This document shows positions 55,801-64,000 of a DNA stretch of 64,000 nt, one piece after another. A model generated the notes under the pieces. That model was not told the origin of the DNA. It saw nothing but the letters and a program-made list of their open reading frames with translations, and ran no database searches. The stretch covers positions 4,585 to 68,584 of the forward strand of contig CAKPHH010000004.1 in assembly GCA_934157235.1 (NCBI GenBank), read 5' to 3'. Made by a program: the position numbers and the translations under genes. Origin of the DNA: an uncultured Bacilli bacterium. GTDB taxonomy: Bacteria; Bacillota_I; Bacilli_A; RF39; UBA660. Positions within the stretch are counted from its first letter, which is position 1, and each line of letters starts with the position of its first letter.

Positions 55801-55974
55801 GATCATATTAAAGTATATTATAATGGTACAGAAGCTGTTGATGAGATGCTTAATATGTATAAAGACTATGTAATGGGTGAAGTACTAGGAGATGACTTAA
55901 TCAAAGATGTTAGTTTAACTGAAATGGTTGAATTAAATGATGAGAAGGTTGCAATAAAGGTAGAAAGAGTTTAA
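52879..55974 (+). CDS. ileS: isoleucyl-tRNA synthetase, type 2 (eukaryote-like, 1031 aa)
   Basis: HIGH-region PGIHHMMAK, KMSKS-region KMHKSKGN, zinc-binding CPRCGT/CWRC; RBS AGGAGG; terminator AGAGTTTAA/TTAAACTCT at 55966-55992. Confidence 0.95.
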   Translation: MKFKKLEQGSINSIETKISEEWEKMDILEKTIKNRKGHENFVFYDGPATANGMPGIHHMMAKLLKDTICKYKTMQGYRVVRKVGWDTHGLPVEVQVEKELGFHDKSDIEKYGIKEFNQKCRESVWTNEKAFSKFTREMGQFIDLKHPYVTYDNNYIETEWWILKKIFDEGYIYDGLKIVPWCPRCGTGLATHEVAQGYKEITVNSVYVPFKVKSQENTYFLVWTTTPWTLMANVALCVNPNETYVKCLSKGYNFILAKPLADKVLGEGYEVVEEYKGSDLEYLEYEQLLPFLKVDKKAFFVTCDTYVTMEDGTGIVHIAPAFGQDDYEIGLRYELPLLNPVGEDGCYTEGPWKGRLVVDSELELEIIKYLASEDKLFKKQKMLHNYPHCWRCKTPLVYYSKPSLYIKTTAKKQEIIAENKKVHWHPEFVGEKRFGNWLEDMNDWAISRNRYWGTPIPLWRCSCGHDIMIGSRKELREKAIEEVGEDIELHRPYVDDIHIKCPKCGKTMNRVKDVIDCWFDSGAMPFAQYHYPFENKKLWGEQFPADFISEGIDQTRGWFYSLLVVSVFVKGVTPYKNVLVNDLLLDKYGQKMHKSKGNAISPFETMEKNGADTVRFYMLYASPVWTPLKFDEDGLKEVYSKYISTLKNAYSFFEMYANADNIDPREYDIPVKDRELMDKWLLSKLNNLIKKVNEAYQEYDLNKAAKAIVPFLNDDLSNWYIRGNRRRFWDSELTESKKSVYLTTYEVLLALCKLCAPMTPFITEEIYQKLTGKKSVHLEDFPVENTDLINSTLEERMDLVRDICSLGRFAREEVNIKVRQPIKSLILPKSDQMIIGDLLPVIQEELNVKEVVFKEDMTDYLEYIVKPNFKVLGKTLGPKVKELQEILGKLTSKEISEINENGLTVKLDGEDFNITSDMVLISLKQKEGYTSSSNSRTCIVLDTELTKELILEGLAREFVRKVQSLRKEADFVITDHIKVYYNGTEAVDEMLNMYKDYVMGEVLGDDLIKDVSLTEMVELNDEKVAIKVERV

Positions 55975-56043
55975 CATTAAACTCTTTTTCCTTGTCTCTT
56001 AATTTTAATTATAGTAAAATTAGTATGAGAAAGGGTGTTGTTT

Positions 56044-56466
56044 ATGAAGAATGAAGAGTTTATAGAATTACGTAATAAGTTTTTATTAGGAGTTTTAGTA
56101 GCTTTAATTGTAACAGTTCCTTTTTTGTTATTTTTTGTAAATAGATATGTGGCAAATAAGTCTAAGGTTATTGATGCTTATAATGCGAAGAAAACTTTTA
56201 CAGTTTTAGTTTATAAGTCTAGTGATTGTAGTAAGTGTAGTATGATTAGAGAGAAGCTAGATGATGAAGATATTTATTATTTGGAGTATGATTTAGATAA
56301 AGAAAATACTAAAGATACAGCGTATAGTAGGTTTGGTTTTAGTGAAAGTAAGTTAAAAGTACCGGCACTTATATATGTAAAAGATGGGGTATCGGTTGTT
56401 AGTTCTTTAGATATTAAAGATAGTAAAGCAGTTGAAGAGTTTATTAAATATAGTAAGGCTTTCTAG
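56044..56466 (+). CDS. membrane-anchored thioredoxin-like protein
   Basis: TM helix then CSKC (CxxC) motif in thioredoxin-fold-like context; RBS GAGAAAGGGTG. Confidence 0.45.
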   Translation: MKNEEFIELRNKFLLGVLVALIVTVPFLLFFVNRYVANKSKVIDAYNAKKTFTVLVYKSSDCSKCSMIREKLDDEDIYYLEYDLDKENTKDTAYSRFGFSESKLKVPALIYVKDGVSVVSSLDIKDSKAVEEFIKYSKAF

Positions 56467-56478
56467 GAGTGTGGTAAG

Positions 56479-57222
56479 ATGAGTAAAGGTGTAGCTTTAG
56501 TTACTGGTAGTAATAGAGGAATTGGAAGAAGTACGATAGAAGAGTTTGCGAAAGCAGGACTAGATGTTATTATTAATTATTGTCATCATGAAGATGAGGC
56601 CAGGGAATTAGCGAAGTATATTAAAGATAATTATGATGTGGAAGTAATGGTTATTAAATGTGATGTATCAAAGGAAGAAGAAGTAGAAGAAATGGTTAAT
56701 AGTGTAGTTGACCATTTTGGTAGAATTGATGTTTTAGTTAATAATGCAAGTGTATGTAGAGATAGTTTACTTTTAGATAAATCAGTTAGGGAGTTTAAAA
56801 GAATATTAGATGTTAATTTGATTGGAACTTATTTATGTAGTAAGTATGTAGGTAGAGTTATGCTTGATAATAAGAAAGGGAAGATTATTAATATTTCATC
56901 TACTAATGCGATAGATACATATTATCCAGAAAGTTGTGATTATGATGCTTCTAAAGCAGGAGTTATTTCTTTGACACATAATCTAGCAAGAGAATTTGCA
57001 CCTTTTATTAATGTTAATTGTGTTTGTCCAGGATGGGTAAAGACAGATATGAATAAAGATTTATCATTTGAACAAGTTAGTGAAGAGAAGAAGAAAATAT
57101 TATTAGGAAGATTTGCGGAAGCAGAAGAGATTGCGAAAGTAGTTTTATTTTTAGCTAGTTCAAGGGCTAATTATATAAATGATTCTATAATTAGAGTAGA
57201 TGGGGGAAAATATAATAATTAG
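56479..57222 (+). CDS. SDR-family oxidoreductase (FabG-like)
   Basis: TGSNRGIGRS cofactor motif, NNAS, YDASKAG catalytic motif. Confidence 0.8.
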   Translation: MSKGVALVTGSNRGIGRSTIEEFAKAGLDVIINYCHHEDEARELAKYIKDNYDVEVMVIKCDVSKEEEVEEMVNSVVDHFGRIDVLVNNASVCRDSLLLDKSVREFKRILDVNLIGTYLCSKYVGRVMLDNKKGKIINISSTNAIDTYYPESCDYDASKAGVISLTHNLAREFAPFINVNCVCPGWVKTDMNKDLSFEQVSEEKKKILLGRFAEAEEIAKVVLFLASSRANYINDSIIRVDGGKYNN

Positions 57223-57231
57223 GAGGACTTT

Positions 57232-58482
57232 ATGTATAGTGAGTTAGGTATTTCGGAAGAAGTTTTAAAGTTAGTTAATAAGTGTGAAGAGGATTGTTTA
57301 AAAGAGTTTAAGAAGATTGATGATATTTGTACTTATAATAGTGTAAAAGTACTTAATGCTTTTCATAAAAGAGGGATTAGTGAAGGACATTTTAATGGAA
57401 CAACTGGGTATGGTTATAATGATTTTGGAAGAGATATTATAGAAGAAGTATTTAGTGATGTTTTAGGATGTGAAGATGCTTTAGTTAGAGGGCAATTTAT
57501 ATCTGGTACGCATGCTTTAACAGTATGTTTCTTTGGACTTTTAAGACCTAATGATTTATTGTTAAGTGTATCTGGTAAACCTTATGATACTTTGGATGAA
57601 GTTATTGGAATTAGAGATAATCCTAGTTCATTGAAGAGCTTTGGAGTTAGATACGAACAGATAGATTTAGTTGATAATGATTTTGATTATGAGAAGATTG
57701 AGGAGTTTATTAAGAATAATAAAGTTAAAGTAGTTGAGATACAAAGAAGTAAGGGTTATTCAACAAGAAAGAGTTTATCTTTAGAAAAAGTAGAGAAGGT
57801 TATTAAGTTAATTAAGGAAATTGATAATGATGTTATTGTGATGGTTGATAATTGTTACTGTGAATTTGTTAGTGAGAAGGAACCAGCTAGTGTGGGTGCG
57901 GATATATTTGTAGGATCTTTGATCAAGAATTTAGGAGGAGGAATTGCTTCTAATGGAGCTTATATTGCTGGTAGAAGAGACTTAGTTAATTTATGTGCTG
58001 AGAGATTAACAGTACCTGGATGTGGTAAAGAAGTTGGTCCTAGTATGAATATGAATAAGCAGTTTTTACAAGGGCTATATATGGCACCTAGTGTAGTGGC
58101 TTCGGCTTTAAAAACGGCAATTCTTACGAGTAGAGTGTTAAGTGAATTAGGCTATGATGTTGATCCTATGTATGATGAGGAAAGAGCGGATATTGTTCAA
58201 AATATTATTTTTAGAAATCCAGATAAGTTAATAGAGTTTACAAGGGGTATTCAAGAAGCTTCAGCAATTGATTCTAATGCAATAGTTGAACCTAGTGATA
58301 TGCCTGGGTATGATAGTCAAATTATTATGGCATCTGGTTCATTTACGCAAGGGTCTTCAATTGAACTTTCTTGTGATGGTCCAGTTAGAGAGCCTTATAT
58401 TGCTTATATGCAAGGTGGACTTACTTATCAGTATGGTAAGATAGGGGTTATGAAGGCTGTTAGTAAGATTATAGAGGAATAG
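57232..58482 (+). CDS. YnbB/aluminium-resistance-family PLP-dependent enzyme (Cys/Met-metabolism lyase-like)
   Basis: Overall similarity pattern to YnbB family; RBS AGGAGG. Confidence 0.55.
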   Translation: MYSELGISEEVLKLVNKCEEDCLKEFKKIDDICTYNSVKVLNAFHKRGISEGHFNGTTGYGYNDFGRDIIEEVFSDVLGCEDALVRGQFISGTHALTVCFFGLLRPNDLLLSVSGKPYDTLDEVIGIRDNPSSLKSFGVRYEQIDLVDNDFDYEKIEEFIKNNKVKVVEIQRSKGYSTRKSLSLEKVEKVIKLIKEIDNDVIVMVDNCYCEFVSEKEPASVGADIFVGSLIKNLGGGIASNGAYIAGRRDLVNLCAERLTVPGCGKEVGPSMNMNKQFLQGLYMAPSVVASALKTAILTSRVLSELGYDVDPMYDEERADIVQNIIFRNPDKLIEFTRGIQEASAIDSNAIVEPSDMPGYDSQIIMASGSFTQGSSIELSCDGPVREPYIAYMQGGLTYQYGKIGVMKAVSKIIEE

Positions 58483-58495
58483 GAAAAGGAGTATA

Positions 58496-59041
58496 ATGAG
58501 TAGAGAATTTGTATTTATTTTTGATTTTGTATTAGTTTTTTCTATTGTTGGTATGTGGAAGACTTTTAAGAAAGCTGGTAGGTCTGGTTGGGAAGCACTT
58601 GTTCCATTTTATGGTATAGTTATTCAATGTGAGATTTCTGGTATTAATCCATATTGGTTAATAGTTGTAGTTGTTACTTCAATGTTTTCATTCCTTCTTC
58701 CCTTTATTGGCTTATTACTAGCAATTTTCTTTGCGATTTATTTTGTAGTTATACTTTCTATTAGTACTGCTAGAAGTTTTGGCAAGGAAGATATTTTTGG
58801 AATAGGACTTTTATTCCTTGGAGCAGTATTTTGGCCATTGTTAGGTTTTTCAGATGCAGAATATAAAGGTCCAACGCCAGTTAATGATGAGATATGGGCG
58901 TTATTGGCAGAAACATTTGGTAAGAAGAAAAATAATAATAATACAAGTAATCAACAAAGTATGAAGTCTTGTCGTACTTGTGGAACGATGGTTAAAATGG
59001 ATGCTAGATTTTGTCCGAATTGTGGAAATAGAGTTGATTAG
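58496..59041 (+). CDS. membrane protein with C-terminal zinc ribbon
   Basis: Three hydrophobic helices; CRTCGT...CPNCGN at C-terminus; RBS AAAGGAG. Confidence 0.5.
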   Translation: MSREFVFIFDFVLVFSIVGMWKTFKKAGRSGWEALVPFYGIVIQCEISGINPYWLIVVVVTSMFSFLLPFIGLLLAIFFAIYFVVILSISTARSFGKEDIFGIGLLFLGAVFWPLLGFSDAEYKGPTPVNDEIWALLAETFGKKKNNNNTSNQQSMKSCRTCGTMVKMDARFCPNCGNRVD

Positions 59042-59136
59042 GATATGGGTGTAACCCTTTTAATATTTACTCTAGAAAAAAGTTGTGAAACTTGTTGTAC
59101 TATTTGTAGGATAAGATACGATTAGTTGGTGGTTGT

Positions 59137-59769
59137 ATGATTAAATTAGATGGAGTAAAGTCTATTTTTAAACAGAAAAATACTAAGAAGCTAATAGCTT
59201 ATATTGGTTTTTTTTAATTATTAATTATCGGTTTAAGAAATTCTTTTGCGACACTTACTCCTGTTTCTAGTGTAGTAGTACAATCAACAACTTTAGATTA
59301 TAGTAAAAAAGAAGAAGGCTCTTGGCAATATACAAAATCAGCTAAATGGGTTTCTAAAGGTAAGGCAAGAATTAATATAAAACTTGAAACAATAGAAAAA
59401 AACAGAAGTGATTATACGGATATTATTTTAGTATTAGATACATCAGGTAGTATGGTTAAAGATAAACTTACACAAATGCAAAAAGATGTTAATGAACTTA
59501 TTAATTATATTATACCAAAAGGTAATAAAATTGCTTTAATTACTTTTAGTGAGGAAGCTTCTGTTGTAACGGATTTTACAGATGATACTACATTGTTACA
59601 AAATAGTATTAATAACTTAGTAACAAGTGGAGAAACTAATTATTATCAAGCCTTGGTAAAAGTTGATGATGTATTAAAAAATTATAATAAAGAAACTAAT
59701 CGAGAGTGTGTAGTCTTATTTTTAACAGATGGATTGCCTACAATTGAAACTCCTAATGAGGTTGAATAA
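59137..59769 (+). pseudogene. von Willebrand factor A (VWA) domain membrane protein interrupted by in-frame TAA and C-terminally truncated
   Basis: ATG 59137 (RBS GGTGG) MIKLDGVKSIFKQKNTKKLIAYIGFF-TAA(59215-59217)-LLIIGLRNSF... continues in the same frame into MIDAS motif ILVLDTSGSM, ...LTDGLPT; stop falls inside a predicted TM helix next to a T8 run. Confidence 0.55.
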
Positions 59770-59856
59770 GACTAGTTACTTTAAAAGAATAGTGAAATTC
59801 TTCATATTCTTTTTTTTTGTACATATATTTTACTAAAGTAAGGAGGAATTCATGTT

Positions 59857-60357
59857 ATGAGTAAACAGAATTTATGGTTTTTAACATTATTTAGTTTGAT
59901 ACTAGTACTTAGTGTATATTATATTACAATGCCTAATGATTTATTGGTTACTAATAAAAATACAGATAAGAAGACAGTTGAAAAGACTAATAATACGAAG
60001 ATAGAAAAGACATCTTCTTTAGTAGCGATGAGAGTTAGTTTAGAAGAGGAAAGACAGAATGAGATGGATGTTTTACAAGAATTATTAACTAATGATAAGA
60101 GTACTTCAGAAGAGAAGAATAATGCTTATGAGCAACTTAAGTATTTAAATGAATTACAAGGAAAAGAAGAAGCAATAGAAAAAGAAATTAAGAAGACATA
60201 TGGGACTAATTGTTTTGTTAAGATCGATAATAGTAATGCTAATGTAGTTTGTATTGCTTCTAAACATGATAGTACTTTAGCGAATGATATTATGAGACTA
60301 GTACAAAAGTCTTATAAGAATAAAATGTTTACAACAGTTAAATTTCAAAAGAGTTAA
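59857..60357 (+). CDS. hypothetical single-pass membrane protein
   Basis: RBS AAGGAGG; N-terminal TM; charged coiled-coil-like remainder. Confidence 0.45.
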   Translation: MSKQNLWFLTLFSLILVLSVYYITMPNDLLVTNKNTDKKTVEKTNNTKIEKTSSLVAMRVSLEEERQNEMDVLQELLTNDKSTSEEKNNAYEQLKYLNELQGKEEAIEKEIKKTYGTNCFVKIDNSNANVVCIASKHDSTLANDIMRLVQKSYKNKMFTTVKFQKS

Positions 60358-60417
60358 ATAGGTAAATACATACAACAATTGAGAGTTTTTTCATACAATA
60401 CTTTAGGTGAAGTGAAA

Positions 60418-60624
60418 ATGGCTAGTACAATATTAACGGCTAGAGAAAAGTTAGTCTTTGAGCTTTTAATAATGAATAAGAGTACTAAAGAAATTGCTAG
60501 TGAACTTGGTATAAGTGAAAAAACAGTTAGAAATCATATTTCTAATGTAATGCAAAAGTTAGGTGTTAATGGTAGAGCTGGTGCTGTTGTTGAATTATTA
60601 AAACTTAAAGAATTATCATTATAA
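60418..60624 (+). CDS. LuxR/GerE-type HTH transcriptional regulator (small)
   Basis: LTAREKLVFELLIMNKSTKEIASELGISEKTVRNHISNVMQKLGV; RBS AGGTGAAGTG; terminator AACGTGCT/AGCACGTT at 60624-60649. Confidence 0.7.
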   Translation: MASTILTAREKLVFELLIMNKSTKEIASELGISEKTVRNHISNVMQKLGVNGRAGAVVELLKLKELSL

Positions 60625-60673
60625 ACGTGCTAAAATAGCACGTTTTTTCATATATTTATTTAGGTGATTATTT

Positions 60674-61618
60674 GTGCTTAGGACTAAAGCTTTAAAAAAG
60701 ATCTTTTTAACAACTTTAAGTTTATTTATTTTACTTACAGTATTTACAATTACTAATTATAAGAATGATAATGTTATAAGGACTAATTTAGAAATAGAAG
60801 AAGTTGTAGGACTTAAAACAAATAATATTTATTTACTTAATGATAAAGGGTTATTGATACAGACTAAGGTATTATTAGATGGAGCAACACAAGAAGAAAA
60901 AATAAAAAAATTAATTATTAATTTGACAGAGGGTGGAAGTAATAGTTTTTCTGATGGATTAGAAAAAGTTATACCGAGAGGGACTAGTGTTAATAATGTA
61001 ATAATTGGGAATAAGTATGTTACTATTGATTTTTCTAAAGAAATACTTAAAGTAAGTGAAGAAAAAGAGAAAGCTATGATTACTTCGATCGTTTATAGTG
61101 TGATGGATTTAGGTGATTATTTAGGAGTTAGTATTTTGGTAGAGGGGAAGAGTTTAGAGGAATATCCTAATTCTAAAGAGAGGATTAATAAGATTTTGGA
61201 TAAGAGTATAGGTATTAATAAAAGTTTTAATATTACGTCACTTAATGATATTAATAAAGTAGTTATATATTATTTAGAAAATATTAATGATAATTTGTAT
61301 TATGTTCCAGTTACTAAGTATGTTAATGATGATAGGGAAAAAGTTAATATTATAGTTGAGGAGTTAGCAACTAGTTATATATATGAGAGTAATTTGATGA
61401 GTTTTTTAAATAGTAATGTTTCATTACTTGGGTATGAAGAGAAGAATGATATTATGTTTTTAAACTTTAATGATTATTTATTTGATGGAAATGATAAAGT
61501 ATTAGAAGAAGTTTTATATAGTATAGCGTATTCTGTATTTGATAATTATGATGTTTCGATGGTTAGTTTTTTAGTTAATGGAGAAATTATTAGTCATATT
61601 GATAAAAATAACAAGTAA
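60674..61618 (+). CDS. signal-anchored hypothetical protein, possibly GerMN-domain
   Basis: GTG start after AGGTGA; N-terminal TM; weak resemblance to GerM-like proteins. Confidence 0.4.
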   Translation: MLRTKALKKIFLTTLSLFILLTVFTITNYKNDNVIRTNLEIEEVVGLKTNNIYLLNDKGLLIQTKVLLDGATQEEKIKKLIINLTEGGSNSFSDGLEKVIPRGTSVNNVIIGNKYVTIDFSKEILKVSEEKEKAMITSIVYSVMDLGDYLGVSILVEGKSLEEYPNSKERINKILDKSIGINKSFNITSLNDINKVVIYYLENINDNLYYVPVTKYVNDDREKVNIIVEELATSYIYESNLMSFLNSNVSLLGYEEKNDIMFLNFNDYLFDGNDKVLEEVLYSIAYSVFDNYDVSMVSFLVNGEIISHIDKNNK

Positions 61619-61671
61619 TAGTTGGTTTAATGATGACTTTAAGGTATAATAAGTAATTACTGGAGGTCTAT

Positions 61672-62661
61672 ATGGAGAAGGTATTTGATAAGAATGATAA
61701 ATTTGGAACGATTAATAGTATTAGACAACTTCTAATTGAAGAGTTAAAGGATTATGAAGGAGAACCAATAAAACTTAATTTGAATGGGATTTCAGGAATA
61801 GATGGTTTAGAGAGTTTGATATTTAAAGATTATGTTGATAGTAATAAGAAGACAGTTAAGATTATTGCTTTTTCTTATGATGTTTTAAGAAAGCTTGATT
61901 TATCTAATGTATCATTTGATGGAGTAGCAATTGATAATTATGATTTTACTGGATTAACAGGAGTTAAGATTAATCCAGAGAAAGTTCAAGGAAAAGATTT
62001 AGTAAATTGTATATTTAATGGAGTAGAGTTTATTGGAGAATTTAAGGGATGTAGAATTTCTAGATGTGATTTTACAGGTAGTAAGGGAGCAGTTATTGAT
62101 CCTTATATGAGGGTGATGAGTGATTGTAAGTTTGATGGAGTTACATTCTTAGATAATTGGGTTGGTACTGATGTTTCTAGATGTGATTTTACAGGTAGTA
62201 CTACTTTAATGACAGCTCCTAGGGATATTGATATGACTTGTACTAAGTTACAAGATGTTAAATTTGCTTGGAAGATACAAAATTGTAGAATTGATAAATG
62301 TGATTTTAGAGGTAGTGAAGGAGCTGTTATTTTTCCAGAAGAATGGAAGGAAAAGTCAGCATTTGGAACTAATTTTGAAGGAGTTACATTTAGAAATGGT
62401 TGGTTTGATGGTTGGGATATAAGAAGTGCTAGTTTTAAAAATAGTGTGGGAGCTTTAATTGATTTAGATATGATCGAAGATAAAGATGTAAGTAATACAG
62501 ATTTAACAGATGCTTATTTTGGACCAGTTGGAGAAGATATAAAAATTAATAATACAGTTTGTAATGGAATGAGTTTAAAAGATTATCTTGTAAGTAAGGA
62601 TGCTAAAGAAAGTGCTTATGTTAAAGTAAAGAGTGTTTTAGAACAAGCTAAAAATAAATAG
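61672..62661 (+). CDS. pentapeptide-repeat protein (paralogue 1)
   Basis: Recurrent (A/C/S)(D/N)(F/L)xx units e.g. NVSFDGVAIDNYDFTGLTGV, CDFTGSKGAVI; RBS TGGAGG; promoter block GACTTTAAGGTATAATAA upstream. Confidence 0.6.
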   Translation: MEKVFDKNDKFGTINSIRQLLIEELKDYEGEPIKLNLNGISGIDGLESLIFKDYVDSNKKTVKIIAFSYDVLRKLDLSNVSFDGVAIDNYDFTGLTGVKINPEKVQGKDLVNCIFNGVEFIGEFKGCRISRCDFTGSKGAVIDPYMRVMSDCKFDGVTFLDNWVGTDVSRCDFTGSTTLMTAPRDIDMTCTKLQDVKFAWKIQNCRIDKCDFRGSEGAVIFPEEWKEKSAFGTNFEGVTFRNGWFDGWDIRSASFKNSVGALIDLDMIEDKDVSNTDLTDAYFGPVGEDIKINNTVCNGMSLKDYLVSKDAKESAYVKVKSVLEQAKNK

Positions 62662-62832
62662 AGAGACGTGTTATAAGCACGTTTTTTTGTTATTTCTTAT
62701 TATTTTCTTTGATTTGAAGAGACTTTAAGGTATAATAAATAATTACTAGGGAGTAGAGTTTTTATAAGAGACTTGTTATTCTCATAAAAAAGGTAAAAGG
62801 CGTTGTTGATTATAATAGAATGGAGTGATAAG

Positions 62833-64000
62833 ATGGAGTTTTTGAACAAGGAAACAGTAAAAAAAGAGAGAATTAAAAGAATAAGAGAATATTTAACATC
62901 TAAGTTAGAAAAGTATGAAGGAGAACCAATAAAGTTAGATGTTGATAATTTAGAAAAAGTTTTATTTTGTGAGTCTACTAATGGAAAAAGATTTGCAATA
63001 GATAGAAAAATTGCTAGAAAGATCGATATGTCAGATGTATGCTTTGATGGTATGAATGTGTGTGGTTTTAATTTTACAGGATTTAAGGGAGTTAAAATTA
63101 ATCCTAATAGAGTGTATGAAAGAAAATTTTCAGATACTAATCTTGCAGGAGTAGAATTTACAGAAGAGTTTAATAATTGTTCGCTAAATGATGTTTCATT
63201 TGCTGGTAGTAAAGGAGCACTTATAAATCCTAGTAAAAATACTATTCTTAGAAGCAACGTTTTTACTGATGTTAGGTTTATGGGAGCAATAACTTCTGCA
63301 GATATTACATATTGTAATTTTGCTGGTAGTAAGAATGCGGTTATAAGTTTAAATGTACCTGGGGTTCAACAACCAATAAATGTTCTTTATGGAGCAACAT
63401 TAACAGATGCTACTATAGTGGGATCTTTTGATGGTTGTTCTATTAGGGGAGTAAACTTTAAAGGGGCAAAAAATGAAAATGGAGAGAATATTAGAATTAA
63501 TCTTAATAAATTAGCTTCAAGTGATTTATCTAATTGTGTTTTTGATGGAGTTGAGTTTACAGAGCCATCTAAACGTTTTACAATTATGACAGGAGCAGAT
63601 TTTACGGGAAGTAAAGGATTTGATATAAGAACACATTTATTAACTGAAGGTAGTTTAAATCATGCTAAATTGAGTGGAGTTACTTTTGATTGTGCAGCTA
63701 TAGGAGGCATTCGTTTAGAAAAAATAGTTGGAGCAGATTTTACAGGTAGTAAGGGTGCTTGCATTTGGTCAGTATTTAATGAAAAAGATCCTGTGTTAGA
63801 CATAAAAAGAACAGAACTTGTAAATTGTAATTTAACAGATGCTTATTTTCCTGAGAGTTATTCTTTAAACTATATTTTGAGATCTTTTAGAAGTCTTGAT
63901 ACTTGTACTTATAAGGGTATTGGTTTTGATGAGGCTGTAAAGACTTGTCGAAATGAAGAACGCGAGTTGTTAGGAAAAGTTTATACTAAGATTGATAATG
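62833..64000 (+). CDS. pentapeptide-repeat protein (paralogue 2), 3' end beyond window
   Basis: ATG 62833 after GGAGTGA; shares EGEPIKL N-terminal motif and ADFTGSKGA repeats with 61672-62661; same promoter block duplicated at 62725-62745; not in ORF track because open at window end. Confidence 0.6.
   Translation, partial: MEFLNKETVKKERIKRIREYLTSKLEKYEGEPIKLDVDNLEKVLFCESTNGKRFAIDRKIARKIDMSDVCFDGMNVCGFNFTGFKGVKINPNRVYERKFSDTNLAGVEFTEEFNNCSLNDVSFAGSKGALINPSKNTILRSNVFTDVRFMGAITSADITYCNFAGSKNAVISLNVPGVQQPINVLYGATLTDATIVGSFDGCSIRGVNFKGAKNENGENIRINLNKLASSDLSNCVFDGVEFTEPSKRFTIMTGADFTGSKGFDIRTHLLTEGSLNHAKLSGVTFDCAAIGGIRLEKIVGADFTGSKGACIWSVFNEKDPVLDIKRTELVNCNLTDAYFPESYSLNYILRSFRSLDTCTYKGIGFDEAVKTCRNEERELLGKVYTKIDN

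Noticed and set aside
59452-59769. ORF 59452-59769 as an independent 105-aa gene
   Set aside because: Its Met is the M of the VWA MIDAS motif (DTSGSM); the frame is open a further 78 codons upstream and belongs to the interrupted VWA gene starting at 59137.
62700-63257. ORF 62700-63257(-) (185 aa)
   Set aside because: Antisense to the clearly homologous second pentapeptide-repeat paralogue (62833->64000) and its promoter; Ser/Leu-rich artefact.

Overview
AT-rich (~28-30% GC) low-GC Firmicutes-type chromosome segment using the standard genetic code; probably an Erysipelotrichia/Clostridia-like anaerobe. Most genes are on the + strand. Housekeeping content: C-terminal end of a cysteine desulfurase, NUDIX hydrolase, ABC and ABC-F ATPases, a peptidoglycan hydrolase, an alpha/beta-hydrolase–murF–ddl operon, a P-type ATPase, pgi, a PAP2 phosphatase, a HAD phosphatase, rluA, nagZ, asnS, sepF–divIVA, T-box–ileS (type 2), an SDR and a YnbB-like PLP enzyme. 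There are three tRNA loci, 7 tRNAs in all: Cys-Gly, Lys on the minus strand, and Ile-Asn-Glu-Ser. A 2549-aa cyclic beta-1,2-glucan synthase-like GT+GH94 giant protein is present. A 3-gene acyl-CoA-dehydratase-activase-like operon lies on the minus strand. The most notable item is a ~625-nt ORF-free, GC-enriched RNA locus with a perfect sigma-A promoter and an intrinsic terminator, followed by a Lys-rich 4-TM protein. This looks like an OLE/OapA-like large-ncRNA system or a new analogue. Also present are an IS200/IS605-family tnpB-only element with a right-end/omega-RNA region, plus a ~225-bp tnpB-less left-end+right-end derivative with an intact consensus promoter next to a tRNA cluster. Three decayed genes were found: sodA, a CaCA antiporter remnant wedged between the Ile T-box and ileS, and a VWA gene with an in-frame TAA. 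An intact DUF2229 gene seems to start with ATT. MurF carries an N-terminal polytopic membrane domain. A HerA/DUF87-like ATPase sits in front of sepF–divIVA. Two tandem pentapeptide-repeat paralogues with duplicated promoters close the window. No CRISPR arrays or rRNA genes are present.
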